The notes below the pieces were generated by a model. It was not told the origin of the DNA. It searched no databases and saw only the letters and a list, made by a program, of their open reading frames with translations. A stretch of DNA of 63,622 nucleotides, counting the filler, from Chiloscyllium plagiosum (Eukaryota), in NCBI RefSeq assembly GCF_004010195.1. It is 4 parts of one record of this genome, joined end to end, with 100 filler letters (N's around TTAATTAATTAA, not from the genome) between each part and the next. Parts side by side here need not be neighbours in the genome. Positions count along the whole stretch, not along the records: positions 1 to 23,901 come from NC_057710.1; 3 more parts are not named here. One strand, written 5' to 3'. This document shows positions 1-11,808 of the stretch, piece by piece. Both the position numbers and the translations under genes were made by a program. The number at the start of each line of letters is the position of its first letter. Positions within the stretch are counted from its first letter, which is position 1.

Positions 1-200
1 CAGACTTTGTGAGAATGTGAACCTCGTGACTCTTTAGAGCTATAGAGGGGAGGGACTTGTACTGTATTTAAACAGAAACATTGTTAGCCTGGCGGGCCTT
101 TTTTTTTCAAGGGTGCCCAACTCTGCAGACTTGTTAATAAAACTTTGTTTTCCTGAATTTGTCTAGAGCGATTATTGAGAAGCGATTTTTGTTTCTAACA
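1..200 (+). mobile_element. Possible 3' part of an LTR
   Basis: TATA-like TATTTAAA (~65), AATAAA (135-140) and a terminus ...TTTCTAACA at 200 abutting a different repeat. No partner LTR seen. Confidence 0.3.
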
Positions 201-468
201 CCCGAGAATGCAACTTTTAAAAAAAAGGGTTTTGTGATTGACACATGAAAAAAGTGAAACTACTACTGTATTCTAACAGATGAAAGGCTTAACAGACAAT
301 CAATTTTTCAATGTATAATTTCAGTTACATCACACTGCAAATTCTTGCTATAAATTCTGTGTTAGGATTGAGCCCTCCATTATCACCTGATGAAGGAGCG
401 TCGCTCCGAAAGCTAGTGTGCTTCCAATTAAACCTGTTGGACTATAACCTGGTGTTGTGTGATTTTTA
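201..468 (+). mobile_element. Penelope-like element terminal repeat (pLTR) fragment, AGCT-hammerhead family
   Basis: Contains the hammerhead at 384-418 followed by CTTCCAATTAAACCTGTTGGACTATAACCTGGTGTTGTGTGATTTTTA, which is shared with the arms at 13480-13602 and 43565-43740. Confidence 0.65.
384..418 (+). ncRNA. Minimal hammerhead ribozyme (intact core)
   Basis: CAC-CTGATGA-A-GGAGC-GTC-GCTCC-GAA-AGCT-A-GTG: stem I CAC/GTG, core CUGAUGA, 5-bp stem II, GAAA, palindromic AGCT, predicted CUA cleavage triplet. Confidence 0.8.
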
Positions 469-549
469 GCTTGCAAGAAGCCAAGTGTTACAGCTTCACC
501 AACATGATACCTCATATTAGGTACACCTTGTGCTACTCCTGGCATGCCC

Positions 550-960
550 TACGATACTCTCCACTGAACCAGAATTGATTCCCTGGCCTGACAGTAATAG
601 CAGATTAGTCAATACACTACACCGTGTGATTTCAGTTTGAGGTTCAATGTAGTCCTGCTGCTGCTGCACAATGCTTCATGGATGTCCAGTTTTGAGTTGC
701 TGGATTTGAAGTCTATCTAATTTAGCATGGCAGTCATGCCACAAAACATGGAGCAATGTGAAGAGAGGACTTCTCCTCTACAAGGACTGTGCAGTGGTCA
801 CTCTATGGAAGATGCCTCTGCAACAAGTCAACAATTGAGGATTAGGCCAAGTATACTTTTCCTTCCTAGTGATTCCCTCACCATTTGCCATAGACCTAGT
901 GTATGGGACGAGGACAATGAGGGTGCCAGTCACGTTGATAGATTAAAGAAGCTTGGGTTT
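550..960 (-). mobile_element. Old decayed LINE fragment (CR1/L2 group)
   Basis: Resembles abundant shark LINE sequence; no intact ORF. Confidence 0.35.
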
Positions 961-1787
961 CTCTTCTGACAGCAGTGTAGGCAAAGTGATATAATAGGTG
1001 CTTAAAATCAGCAGGGTTTTGATACAGGAAGTGATGAGGAACACTTTCTAATGGTTGTAGGTCCAGAGTGTACAGATTTAAGATAGTTTTCAAAAGAACC
1101 AGCAGCTCACAAAAGAAAATTTGTGTTTTGCATTATTTGTCTGACTTGGAACATGACTTCTGTTATTCTCTCTCCACGGATGCTGATATGGATGATGAAT
1201 ATTTTCAGCATTTGATTTTATGTGTCATCTGCATAACTTTATTATATGAGATGAAACTAATATTACATGAGGTATGTAACAATTTCATGTGCAGTGTTTG
1301 TTGATACAGTGTTTGTAGATACGATCTAAGCCTTCAAAGAGGAATTCGACAAAACTCACAAAAGAAAACACATTACTGAAAAACAGCACAAACTCATGGG
1401 AATGTAAATAACTTGATTGCTCTTCCTATTAACTGGCTCACACTCAATGGATCAAATGGCCCTTTTCTGTGCTGACCTATTCAATGATACCATAGAGTCC
1501 ACAGTAGTATATTATCAGAAGTTCCCTCTTGGGTTTGTACAAGCTCTAACAGTCAAAGTATACTCCACCACAATATGAACATTCCAAATCAGGATTAGGA
1601 CTGATGCAAACATTGTACAGTTTTTCACAGATTACTAATCTGATGAATATTAATTTTTTCTAACACTAACTTTAAAGTACTATGCACAATTCTGATAAGC
1701 TATCATTTTGAAACAATACTTCAGGTTTGCTGATCTGTAGTGTACGATATTTTTGCTTTATACAAAGACTAGAAAGAAGGTGAATCA

Positions 1788-1964
<177 letters not shown>

Positions 1965-3432
1965 TTATTGAAAGAATTTGTTCTATTCTACTCAAAACCA
2001 AAATTATTGAATTAATATAAAATGCCAATGTTAAGAAAATGTTATCAATTTCAATCAAGCAGCAAAAAGCTTAGCATTAGTATCTAAGCAATTAGTTTCT
2101 GTTCTGAAAGCAGTGAATATGCTTAAGTTTCTTTGCCTGAGCTGATTCTGATGGCCTCAAAGATAAACAACCCACCACTTAGAACTTAAGATACAAACTC
2201 ACACCCTAAAATATCATAATCTCTTACATATCAGGATAAAAATGCCAAATAGCAATCTTATTGAAAGCTTAAGTCTATTAAAACAGTTGCTTAATGAAAT
2301 ACTAAATTAAAATCAAATGACTTTAAATTCAAATAAGGAACTTGGAGCTCATCAAAAATTGCACTGTTAAAGATTAAGTTGTTAAGTGGTAAAGTATCAA
2401 ATCACCACTATAATTACACAACATTTTTCCATAATATTCCTGTTTAAAACTTGGCATTACAAAACATCTGTAAATTCAAAAGGTTTATGTAGGAATAGCA
2501 TACAGCAACAGTATAATTCTGGTTTAATCCAAAATCTACAAATACATTTATACGTTATAACTAAGAGTCCAATTATGTTTATTTTGTGTTTTTATTTGTT
2601 CATGGGATATCTATGGTTGCTGGTTCAGCCAGCATTTATTGTCCATCCCTAACTGTACTTCAAAAGGTGATTTTGATTTGATTTATTATTGTTAATGTAT
2701 ACAGTGAAAAGCATTATTTTGTATGCTAACTAGACAAATCATACTTGTACATAATGGTAACAGGACAGAATGAAGAATACAGTGTCACAGCTAGAGAGGT
2801 GCACAGAAAGATATAACTCTGCCAACAGCAGGGACGAAACTGTTCTTGAATCTGTTGGCATGCGTTTTCAAATTTTAAATCTTCTGCTCAGTGGAAGAGG
2901 CTGGAAGAGAGTATAACTGGGTTGGGAAGGTGCAATCCTTGGGGTGTGGGGTCATCGATAGTGCTGTCAGGAAAAGTGTTACAGGATTTGACGCAGCGAC
3001 AGGAAAGGTAATATGGTTCAAGTCAAGGTACTATGTGGCTTGCAGGGGATCTTGGTGGTGGTGTTCTTGCGGATCTGATGCCCTTCTCTATTACGTAGTA
3101 CAGGTTTGGAAGGTGCTGTCTAAGAAGCCTTCAGCATTTACTGTCAGCTTATAAGGAAATGAAATGCATAAAATAGTTAATAATAAAAAATGTGCCTCAG
3201 GTTGGTTACACCATCAGGAGTAAGGAAGCAGGTTAAAAGGGAAGGGAATGACAAGCTTACTCAATGCCTGAAGTAGCTTAAAATCAGACTTGCTTGGAAA
3301 CGGTGATTAAATACAAGCAGCACATATTAGAAAAATACTATCAGAGGAAAGTAGAAGACGGAACGACAGAGGTGAAATCTTCCAGACTGATCATGAAACA
3401 GCAGCTTAACATGCTGTACATGTCATCAATCC

Positions 3433-3651
3433 TGGAGAAAGTGACTACTGCAGATGCTGGAGAGTTAGAGTCACAAAGTGTGGCGCTGGAAAAACACAGG
3501 AGGTCAGGCAGCAGCCGTAGAACGTAAGAGTCAATGTTTTGGACACAAGTCATTACTGATGAAGGGCTTATGCCTGAAATATTGACTCTCCTACTCCTTG
3601 GATGCTGCCTAGCCTGCTGTGCTTTTCCAGCACCATACCTTTCGACACAAA
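3433..3651. mobile_element. Decayed PLE-derived fold-back mini-element with 11-bp TSD
   Basis: GTCATCAATCC at 3422-3432 and 3652-3662; imperfect inverted arms; decayed hammerhead CTGATGAAGGGCTTATGCCTGAAATATT at 3556-3583. Confidence 0.7.
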
Positions 3652-3734
3652 GTCATCAATCCAGTAGGGCAACTGAATCCATCAGTAAATTGCCCTGTTG
3701 GAATCAAGCAACCAATGCAATGAAGTGCAACTTT

Positions 3735-3870
3735 TCAAGGTGTTGCAAGATGACAAGGAAGAGTTTAGCAGGATACGGGCCAAGTGCTGGCAAATGGGAC
3801 TAGATTAAATTAGGATATTAGGACAAGTTGGACCGAAGGGTCAGCTTCCATCTAGACCAATCTATGACTC
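3735..3870 (+). mobile_element. CR1 LINE 3' end
   Basis: GYGPSAGKWD* C-terminus and CTATGACT tail, as in other CR1 copies here. Confidence 0.75.
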
Positions 3871-4662
3871 AAAAACATCAAGAACATTGCTGTGACCATA
3901 AAAGCATACTGGGCATACAGAGAAAAACTGACAGCTTAAAATCATATTACAAAGGAATTAGAGCAATTAAACCTAAGAGTAAGGAAAGGAGGGCCCTTAA
4001 TCATATCCATGCTAGTCAACTAGGAATTGAATTAAATCTAAGGTAAGAGATGTGCTCCCTCAGCCAAGCATTGACAATGAAACTAAGGACCACATCAGAC
4101 AGTGCAGTGGCAAGACCTCTTGTCTCTCAACAAAGTTATCTTGACAGCACACTACGATTCTGACCACTGACAAGTCGACCAGCTGACTTCGTTGATCGTT
4201 GGTGAGGTAGTAAAATGTACAATTTATAAGCAACAGTGACTTTTTATTGCAGAATACCTGTTTAAAGATTCAGCCATTTCAGAAGGATTGGGATACTCAT
4301 TATCATACATCGTTTTTACCTTTTCCCTAGTCAAATGGGAAGGCTGGGGCAGCGGTGAAAATCACCAAAAGAATCAATGCAGCACAGATGCATACCAGAT
4401 TATCCAAGTGGAGAAACACACTGACTAAAGGATTGGAAACTAGCCCAGTATATAAAACAAAAAGTCATACTGCGATCAAATAACTCTGAGAACCATGTGA
4501 AAAAGGAAGTGATTTAACCCACCCAATTAAATCAAAGCTGATCTGACAATCCTCAACTCCACTTACCTGCTTTTTCACCATAACCCTCAATTCCCTTATT
4601 AAGAAACAGATTTTTAAAGTCAGTCTTGAATATACTTAATAACCCAACCTCGACAGCCCTCT

Positions 4663-6020
4663 GAATTGAACTGAATTGAATTTATTGCCACGTGTACCAA
4701 GGCACAATGAAAAGCTTTGTCTTGCGAGCAATACAGGCAGATCACATAATTAAGTAGCATAGGTAAGTGAATAATAGGTAAACAGCAGCATAAACAAAAA
4801 CACAGGTACAGGAGAATGTTAAGAGTTTGAGAGTCCATTCAGCATTCTAACAGCAGTAGGGTAGAAACTGTTTCGAAACCGGCTGGTGCGTGTATTCAGG
4901 CTTCTGTACCTTCTCCCTGATAGTAGAGGTTGTAGAAAAACATTGCCAAGGTGGGATGAATCTTTGAGAATGCTGGTGGCCTTTCCTTGACAGCGGGCCT
5001 TGTAGATGAATTCTGTAGATGGAAGGTTGGCCTTTGTGATTGCCTGGGCTGAGTTCACTACTCTGCAACAGTCTCCAGTCTTGAATGGTGCAGTTGCCAT
5101 ACCAGGTACTGATACCATCCACACAATGCTCTCGATGGCACAGCTATAAAAGTTAGCAAGGGTATTCACCATCATGCCAAATCTTCTCAGCTGCTCGAGA
5201 AAGAAGAAACGTTGTTGGCCATTTAAACCAGTGAGTCCACATGAAGAGTCCAAGAAAGCTTGTTGTTGATGACCACTCCCAGGGGCTTGACACTCTCCAC
5301 TCGTTCCACCTCTGTGCTGTTAATGCACAGGGGGACATGAGTAACATCCCGCCGAAAGTCAATAATAAGTTCCTTGGTTTTGCCAGCATTGAGAGCTAGG
5401 TTGTTGTCAGTGCATTTTTCCATGTCTCCCACCTCCTCCCTGTTTTCTGTTTTGTCGCCATCTGAGACTATGGCAGTATCACCAGAGAACCTGTAAATGG
5501 CATTTGTCTGGTATTTGGTGACGTAGTCATGGGCATACAGCGAGTACGGCATGGTGGCAAGGGCGGCACAGTGGTTAGCACTGCTGCCTCACAGTGCCAG
5601 AGACCTGGGTTCAATTCCCATCTCAGGTGACTGAGTGTAGAGTTTGCACATTCTCCCCGTGTCTGCGTGGGTTTCCTCCAGGTGCTCCGGTTTCCTCCCA
5701 CAGTCCAAAGATGTGCAGGTCAGGTGAATTGGCCATTCTAAATTGCCCGTAGTGTTAGGTGAAGGGGTAAATGTAGGGGTATGGGTGGGTTGCGCTTCGG
5801 CAGGTCGGTGTGGACTTGTTGGGCCGAAGGGCCTGTTTCCACACTGTAAGTAATCTAAGTAAATCTAATCTACAGTAGGGAGCTGACTACGCACCCTTTG
5901 GGGGTGGGGGAGGCTCCAGTGTTGAGTGTTGGTGAGGATGAAATATTGTCCCCAATCTTCACTGATTGTGGCCTGTGGGTCAGAAAACTGAGGACCCAGT
6001 TGCAGAGAGTGGGGCTCAGG
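4663..6020 (-). mobile_element. Rex1/Babar-type LINE 3' portion, interrupted by a SINE
   Basis: Frameshifted RT/C-terminal peptides (LRRFGM, FYSCAIESI, WYGNCT, SGRRYRSLNTRTSRFRNSFYPTAVRMLN) and an (AATTC)n-type tail at 4663-4685. RT continues at 5871-6020 ([19 protein letters not shown]). Confidence 0.8.
5548..5870 (+). mobile_element. tRNA-derived HE1/V-SINE-type SINE
   Basis: A box GGCACAGTGG, B box GGTTCAATTCC, V-domain CTCCCCGTGTCTGCGTGGGTTTCCTCC, CR1-like tail ending (TAATC)n. Confidence 0.9.
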
Positions 6021-6797
6021 ATTCCACAGATTTGCAATCCTCACAGAAGAAACTCTCGTCTTTGACTTAAATATGCAATCCCTTATTCTTGAGATTTTTT
6101 AAACTCATTTTTGGGATGTGGGTGTCACTAGCTCGGCCAGTAGTTAATGCCAATCCCTAATTAAGAGTCAACCACACGGCTATGGGTCCGGAATCACATG
6201 TAGTCTAGAAGTTCTAAAAGTTAAAGTTTTGTGGTACGTTTTACTATTGCAAGATAGACAAAACTAAAACACCCCTTCAAACTCATTATTCCTTCTTCAC
6301 CTACCCTCAAACCTCATCAGACCTATTTACATTAAAACCTATTTCTGAATAAATGTCAATCTTGTAACCTCTTCAAAAACAATACCCTCCCGACAACATG
6401 TCTCCACGACTCAACTGAAACTTGGGAAACATTAATCAGCCCTTACCAACTGTCTCTCAGGATCTGAATAGATTGCAAAACAAACCATTTCCCCAACTAG
6501 TACATACTTGTTAAATACGTTAAGCAGGGCCGCCATCCCCTTACCATCTACCTACCAGAAATCTACCATCTAAATAGTGTTTCTGTGAAAGTGCATGAAT
6601 GAAAGAAACTCTCACTGGCAAATAGTAAACAAAATTTCATGACCCAGCTGCGATAAGGAGTTTCATATTCTCTGCACTTGCATTAAGCACATGTAAAATT
6701 TCTAACTTATTTAGATTATATAGGTTTAATATTTTTACTGCTGAAACTTTATTGCTGGAACAGCACAGCAGGTCAGGCAGCATCTAGGGAACAGAAG

Positions 6798-6833
6798 ATT
6801 CGACGTTTCGGGCACATGCCCTTCTTCAGGAAT
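6798..6833 (-). ncRNA. Minimal hammerhead ribozyme (intact core)
   Basis: Minus strand ATTC-CTGAAGA-A-GGGC-ATGT-GCCC-GAA-ACGT-C-GAAT; perfect stems I and II, GUC triplet. Confidence 0.85.
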
Positions 6834-7050
6834 GAGCAGAGTGTTCAGCAGGAGAAGATAAAAGGTAGGGAGGAGGGACTTGGAGGAGGGGCGTTGGAAA
6901 TGTGATAGGTGGAAAGAGGTCAAGGTGAGGGTGATAGGTCGGAGTAGGATGGAGGCGCGGAGGCCAAGAAGAAGACTGCAGGTCAGGAAGCTGAGATTGA
7001 TTGTCCTGAGGTTAAGCGCAGCAGGTCAGGCAGCATCTAGGGAACAGAAG

Positions 7051-7086
7051 ATTCGACGTTTCGGGCACATGCCCTTCTTCAGGAAT
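7051..7086 (-). ncRNA. Minimal hammerhead ribozyme (intact core)
   Basis: Identical to 6798-6833, offset by 253 nt. Confidence 0.85.
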
Positions 7087-7280
7087 GAGCAGAGAGTGTT
7101 CAGCAGGAGAAAATAAAAGGTAGGGAGGAGGGACTTGGAGGAGGGGAGTAGGAAATGTGATAGGTGGAAAGAGGTCAAGGTGAGGGTGATAGGTCGGAGC
7201 AGGGTGGAGGCGGAGAGGTCAAGAAGAAGAATAAAGTTTCAGCTTTGATCTCCAGAGTCTGCAGACCTCACTTTCTCCTC

Positions 7281-7905
7281 NNNNNNNNNNNNNNNNNNNN
7301 NNNNNNNNNNNNNNNNNNNNNNNNNNNNNNNNNNNNNNNNNNNNNNNNNNNNNNNNNNNNNNNNNNNNNNNNNNNNNNNNNNNNNNNNNNNNNNNNNNNN
7401 NNNNNNNNNNNNNNNNNNNNNNNNNNNNNNNNNNNNNNNNNNNNNNNNNNNNNNNNNNNNNNNNNNNNNNNNNNNNNNNNNNNNNNNNNNNNNNNNNNNN
7501 NNNNNNNNNNNNNNNNNNNNNNNNNNNNNNNNNNNNNNNNNNNNNNNNNNNNNNNNNNNNNNNNNNNNNNNNNNNNNNNNNNNNNNNNNNNNNNNNNNNN
7601 NNNNNNNNNNNNNNNNNNNNNNNNNNNNNNNNNNNNNNNNNNNNNNNNNNNNNNNNNNNNNNNNNNNNNNNNNNNNNNNNNNNNNNNNNNNNNNNNNNNN
7701 NNNNNNNNNNNNNNNNNNNNNNNNNNNNNNNNNNNNNNNNNNNNNNNNNNNNNNNNNNNNNNNNNNNNNNNNNNNNNNNNNNNNNNNNNNNNNNNNNNNN
7801 NNNNNNNNNNNNNNNNNNNNNNNNNNNNNNNNNNNNNNNNNNNNNNNNNNNNNNNNNNNNNNNNNNNNNNNNNNNNNNNNNNNNNNNNNNNNNNNNNNNN
7901 NNNNN
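7281..7905. other. Assembly gap (625 N)
   Basis: Run of N with no linker. Confidence 1.
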
Positions 7906-8124
7906 GATGCTGCCTGACCTGCTGTGCTGTTCCAGCAATAAAGTTTCAGCTTTGATCTCCAGCGTCTGCAGACCTCACTTTCTCCTCGAAGATTTCAACC
8001 TACTGCGAATCCTCTTACAAGGATGCCTTCCTTGAAGAAGCTCTCTGCCTCTCTCTATAAAGATTTCAGTGAGTCCCTCTCTCACTGCACACCCCAGGCT
8101 TCTCCTGCTGAACACTCTCTGCTC

Positions 8125-8160
8125 ATTCCTGAAGAAGGGCATGTGCCCGAAACGTCGAAT
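8125..8160 (+). ncRNA. Minimal hammerhead ribozyme (intact core)
   Basis: ATTC-CTGAAGA-A-GGGC-ATGT-GCCC-GAAACGTC-GAAT on the plus strand. Confidence 0.85.
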
Positions 8161-8365
8161 CTTCTGTTCCCTAGATGCTGCCTGACCTGCTGTGCTGTTC
8201 CAGCAATAAAGTTTCAGCTTTGATCTCCAGCGTCTGCAGACCTCACTTTCTCCTTTAATATTTTTACTAACTTATACTAACTTACAAGATAAAAGGACTA
8301 TCGGCTCTTAGTTATGCAAACAGACTAGACAGACACTTTAATCCAAGTAGCAGCCAGCACTTAGT

Positions 8366-8680
8366 GGGCGGCACGGTGGCACAGCGGTTAGCACTGCTGC
8401 CTCACAGCGCCTGAGACCCAGGTTCAATTCCCGCCTCAGGCGACTGACTGTGTGGAGTTTGCACGTTCTCCCCGTGTCTGCGTGGGTTTCCTCCGGGTGC
8501 TCCGGTTTCCTCCCACAGTCCAAAAATGTGCAGGTCAGGTGAATTGGCCATGCCAAATTGCCCGTAGTGTTAGGTAAGGGGTAAATGTAGGGTTATGGGT
8601 GGGTTGCGCTTCAGCGGGTCGGTGTGGACTTGTTGGGCCGAAGGGCCTGTCTCCACACTGTAATGTAATCTAATCTAATC
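8366..8680 (+). mobile_element. HE1/V-SINE-type SINE, young full-length copy
   Basis: CpG-rich tRNA-like head GGGCGGCACGGTGGCACAGCGG, B box, V-domain, (TAATC)n tail. Confidence 0.92.
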
Positions 8681-9034
8681 ACTTGGCAAATGTTTAAACA
8701 ATTTCCTGCTTCCCCAGGACAGATGCCACATAAACATTTGTGCACAATAGATGAAACAATGTAACACCATAGTGATAGAATTTTATTTTATATTTCATAT
8801 ATACATTATACATGAACTGCATATAAAGAGGCTACTCTCAGAACTCTACTTCAGGATTCCATTGCCACCTCAAACTGTGCCACTGCGATTGCTGAATAAA
8901 GAGGCTATTTTCGCCACACACGAACACAATCCCACACATCCCATTTTGAACATAAATACCACTTTCTCATAGCTGCCTTCAGTTCTGAAGAAGGATCACT
9001 GGACTGTAAACATTAACTCTGTTTTCTCTCCACA

Positions 9035-9282
9035 GATAGAGTCAGAGATGTACAGCATGGAAACAGACCCTTTGGTCCAACCCATCCATGCCAACCAGAT
9101 CTCCCAACCCAATCTAGTCCCACCTGCCAGCACCTGGCCCATAATCCTCCAAACCCTTCCTATTCATATACCCATCCAAATGCCTCTTAAATGTTGCAAT
9201 TGTACCAGCCTCCACCACATCCTCGAGCAGCTCATTCCATACCCATACCACCCTCTGTGTGAAAATGTTGCCCCTTCGGTCT
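9035..9282 (-). mobile_element. CR1 LINE 3' end
   Basis: FTQRVVWVWNELLEDVVEAGTIATFKRHLDGYMNRKGLEDYGPGAGRWD* plus 3' UTR. Confidence 0.9.
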
Positions 9283-9335
9283 GAGTTTCTCCAGCAATTT
9301 CTTCTTTTTATTTGTTTCAGATCTCTAGCATCTTT

Positions 9336-9649
9336 GGGTGGCATGGTGGCTAAGTGGTTACAGTGCTAGGGACCTGGGTTCAATTCTACCCTCAGGCAGT
9401 TGTCTGTGTGGAGTTTGCACATGCTCCCCATGTCTGCGCGGGTTTCCTCCAGGTGCTCTGGTTTCCTCCCACAGTCCAAATATGGGCAGATTAGGTAGGT
9501 CAGCAATGCTAAATTGATAACTGTTCAGGGACATGTAGGTTCAGTGGATTAGCCATGGGAAATCCAGGGGTATAGGGATAGGGTGAGTCAGTGTAGATTT
9601 GATGGGCCAAATAGCTTCCTTCCACTCTGTAAGGATTCCATTATTCTAT
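9336..9649 (+). mobile_element. Older V-SINE copy
   Basis: Decayed head, V-domain and ATTCTAT tail. Confidence 0.8.
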
Positions 9650-9749
9650 CCACAGTTCTTCATTATATTGAAGTAGTTTAAAGACTTCTTGCAACTGATG
9701 GCTTGGACATTGCTTTCTAACTCTGAAAGCCTGGATATTTCTACTAACT

Positions 9750-9895
9750 AGGTAAAAACAATAACTGCAGATGCTGGAAACCAGATTCTGGATCAGTGGT
9801 GCTGGAAAAGCACAGCAATTCAGGCAGCATCCAACGAGCTGCTCGTTGGATGCTGCCTGAATTGCTGTGCTCTTCCAGCACCACTGATCCAGAAA
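9750..9895. mobile_element. PLE-derived near-perfect hairpin insertion with 15-bp TSD
   Basis: ATATTTCTACTAACT at 9735-9749 and 9896-9910; 54-bp arms 9786-9839 and 9841-9894 with one mismatch; unpaired 36-nt tail 9750-9785. Confidence 0.9.
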
Positions 9896-10769
9896 ATATT
9901 TCTACTAACTGGCTGCCAGGAGTCTTTTACAAACTAAATTTGCAGAGTTTCCAGACTTCTACATCGCTAAAAAAATTGCCTTTCTGCTCAGACTTTTGTT
10001 CTGGTCTCAATCTGCAGAAGGCCCACTGCCATCTGCTTCTTTATCGTACAAATATGTAAAAACATTCAGTAATTAACCATCTAAGTAGCTAATCAAACCA
10101 TTTAACTTTCTTGGAAAAACTATTTCAGTTCTCTATTCAAAATGGCTTTCGGTCTGTTTAAAAAAAGATGTCAGCTTCACAAATCTGAAAACTAAAATTT
10201 ATTTTTCCTCCACCTTCAAATTCAAGTTCAGAAATAAAACCAAGGTATGGGGCTCCCTTAAATACAAATTTCCGATTAATGAACACTTGCATTTGTGAAC
10301 GTGATCTCATACATTAACATTAACATTAATATTGGTTTTAAAGATGTGACATAAGGACACTTCCTCAAATTTATGAATGATTATTTTACATTCTGCATTG
10401 TGTTCTGACTTGCGTACAGACTCAAGAACGAAATCCGTTCACAGCCTAGGGGATAACTTGTACTACAAATCTGCAGCAAATGCAAATGATCAAGGCAAGA
10501 CATCAGAAAGCTGAGTTTCATTTTGTGAAACTACTGGCAGATTTGAGCAATGGAAAGCCATTCAGGGTACGAACCTTTACTTATATTACGATCCCAGACT
10601 AAACTACCAATGTTATGTAATGACAAAAAGTGCTGGAGCAACTCAAAAGGTCTGGCATCATGTGTGGCGATCGAAACAGTTAACAAGTCATGTCCGAAGA
10701 GTCTTGCTGGGAATTCTGCTATCCCAGAATATTGAGGGAGGCAAGTGAACAAATTGCTGGAGGATTGAC

Positions 10770-11808
10770 ATCTTTGTATCCCCTTTGGCCACAGATGAGG
10801 TCTCAGAAGACTGGAGAATAGCCAATGTTGTCCCATTGTTTAAGAAGGGTAACAGGGATAATCCAAGAAATTACAGGCCTGCAGGTCTCACATCTGTGGT
10901 AAGGAAATTATTGGAAAAGATTCTCAGGGACAAAATTTGTATGCATTTAGAAGCAAATGGACTTAATGATAGACAAAATGGTTTGTGCAAGGGAGGTCAT
11001 GCCTCACTAACTTGATTGAGGTTTTTGAGGAGATGAAGATATTGATGAGGAAAAAGTGGTTAATGTTGTCTACATGGGCTTCAGTAAAGCCTTTCACAAG
11101 GTCCCTCATGGCAGGCTGGTACAAAAGATGAAGTCACATGGTATCAGGGGTGAGCTAGCAAATTGGTTACACAACTGGCTTTTTCATAGGAGAAAGAGGG
11201 TAGCAGCGGAAGGATGTTTTTCTGAACGGAGAGCCGTGACTAGTGATAACCCACAGGGATCGGTGCTGGGACCTCTGCTGTTCGTGACTACATAAATGAT
11301 TTGGAGAACAAAGTAGTTAGTCTAATTGGTATGTTTGCAGATGATACAAAGGTCGGTGGAGTTGCAGATAGTGAGGAGGATTGTCAGAGGGTACAGCAGA
11401 AGAAGAAAAATGGGCAGAAAAATAGCAGACAAATGAGAGGCCATGCACTTTGGAAGATCAAGTACAGGTAGAAATTATGCGGGCAATAGAGAACCCTTAG
11501 GAGTATTGAAATGCAGAGGGATCTTGGTGTGCAAGTTCACAGATCACTGAAGGTGACAGTGCAGGTAGGTAAGATAGTAAAGAAAGGCTTGCCTTCATTG
11601 GGAGGGGGGCATTGAGTGTAAGGATAGACAAGTAATGCTGCAGCGTTATAGAACTTTAGTTAGGCCACACTTGGAATACTGCATACATTTCTGGTTACCA
11701 CACTTCCAGAAGGATGTGGATGCTTTGAAAAGGGTACAGAAATTTTTTTTTACCAGGATGTTGCCTGGTATGGGGAATTTTAGCTATGAAGAAAGGTTGG
11801 ATAGACCT
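10770..11808 (+). mobile_element. CR1 LINE RT fragment (decayed)
   Basis: [49 protein letters not shown] in broken frames. Confidence 0.9.

Larger units (their letters stand above)
6740..8253. mobile_element. Compound PLE-derived insertion (tandem plus inverted pLTRs) with 15-bp TSD, spanning a gap
   Basis: TTTAATATTTTTACT at 6725-6739 and 8254-8268. Two minus-strand pLTR copies lie left of the gap and plus-strand copies right of it. 7989-8098 resembles the PLE 5' region at 60535-60640. Confidence 0.85.

Noticed and set aside
7164..7955. Long ORFs of 263 and 239 aa
   Set aside because: They are open only because they run through 625 N.
6740..8253. CRISPR-like repeat-spacer array from recurring 36-nt hairpin motifs
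   Set aside because: Copies are in both orientations, embedded in longer repeated units, with no unique spacers or cas genes in a vertebrate context; they fit hammerheads in pLTRs.
8366..8440. tRNA genes at SINE heads (also 5548, 27891, 49231, 61745)
   Set aside because: A and B boxes are present, but the sequences continue into SINE bodies and lack a proper acceptor stem.
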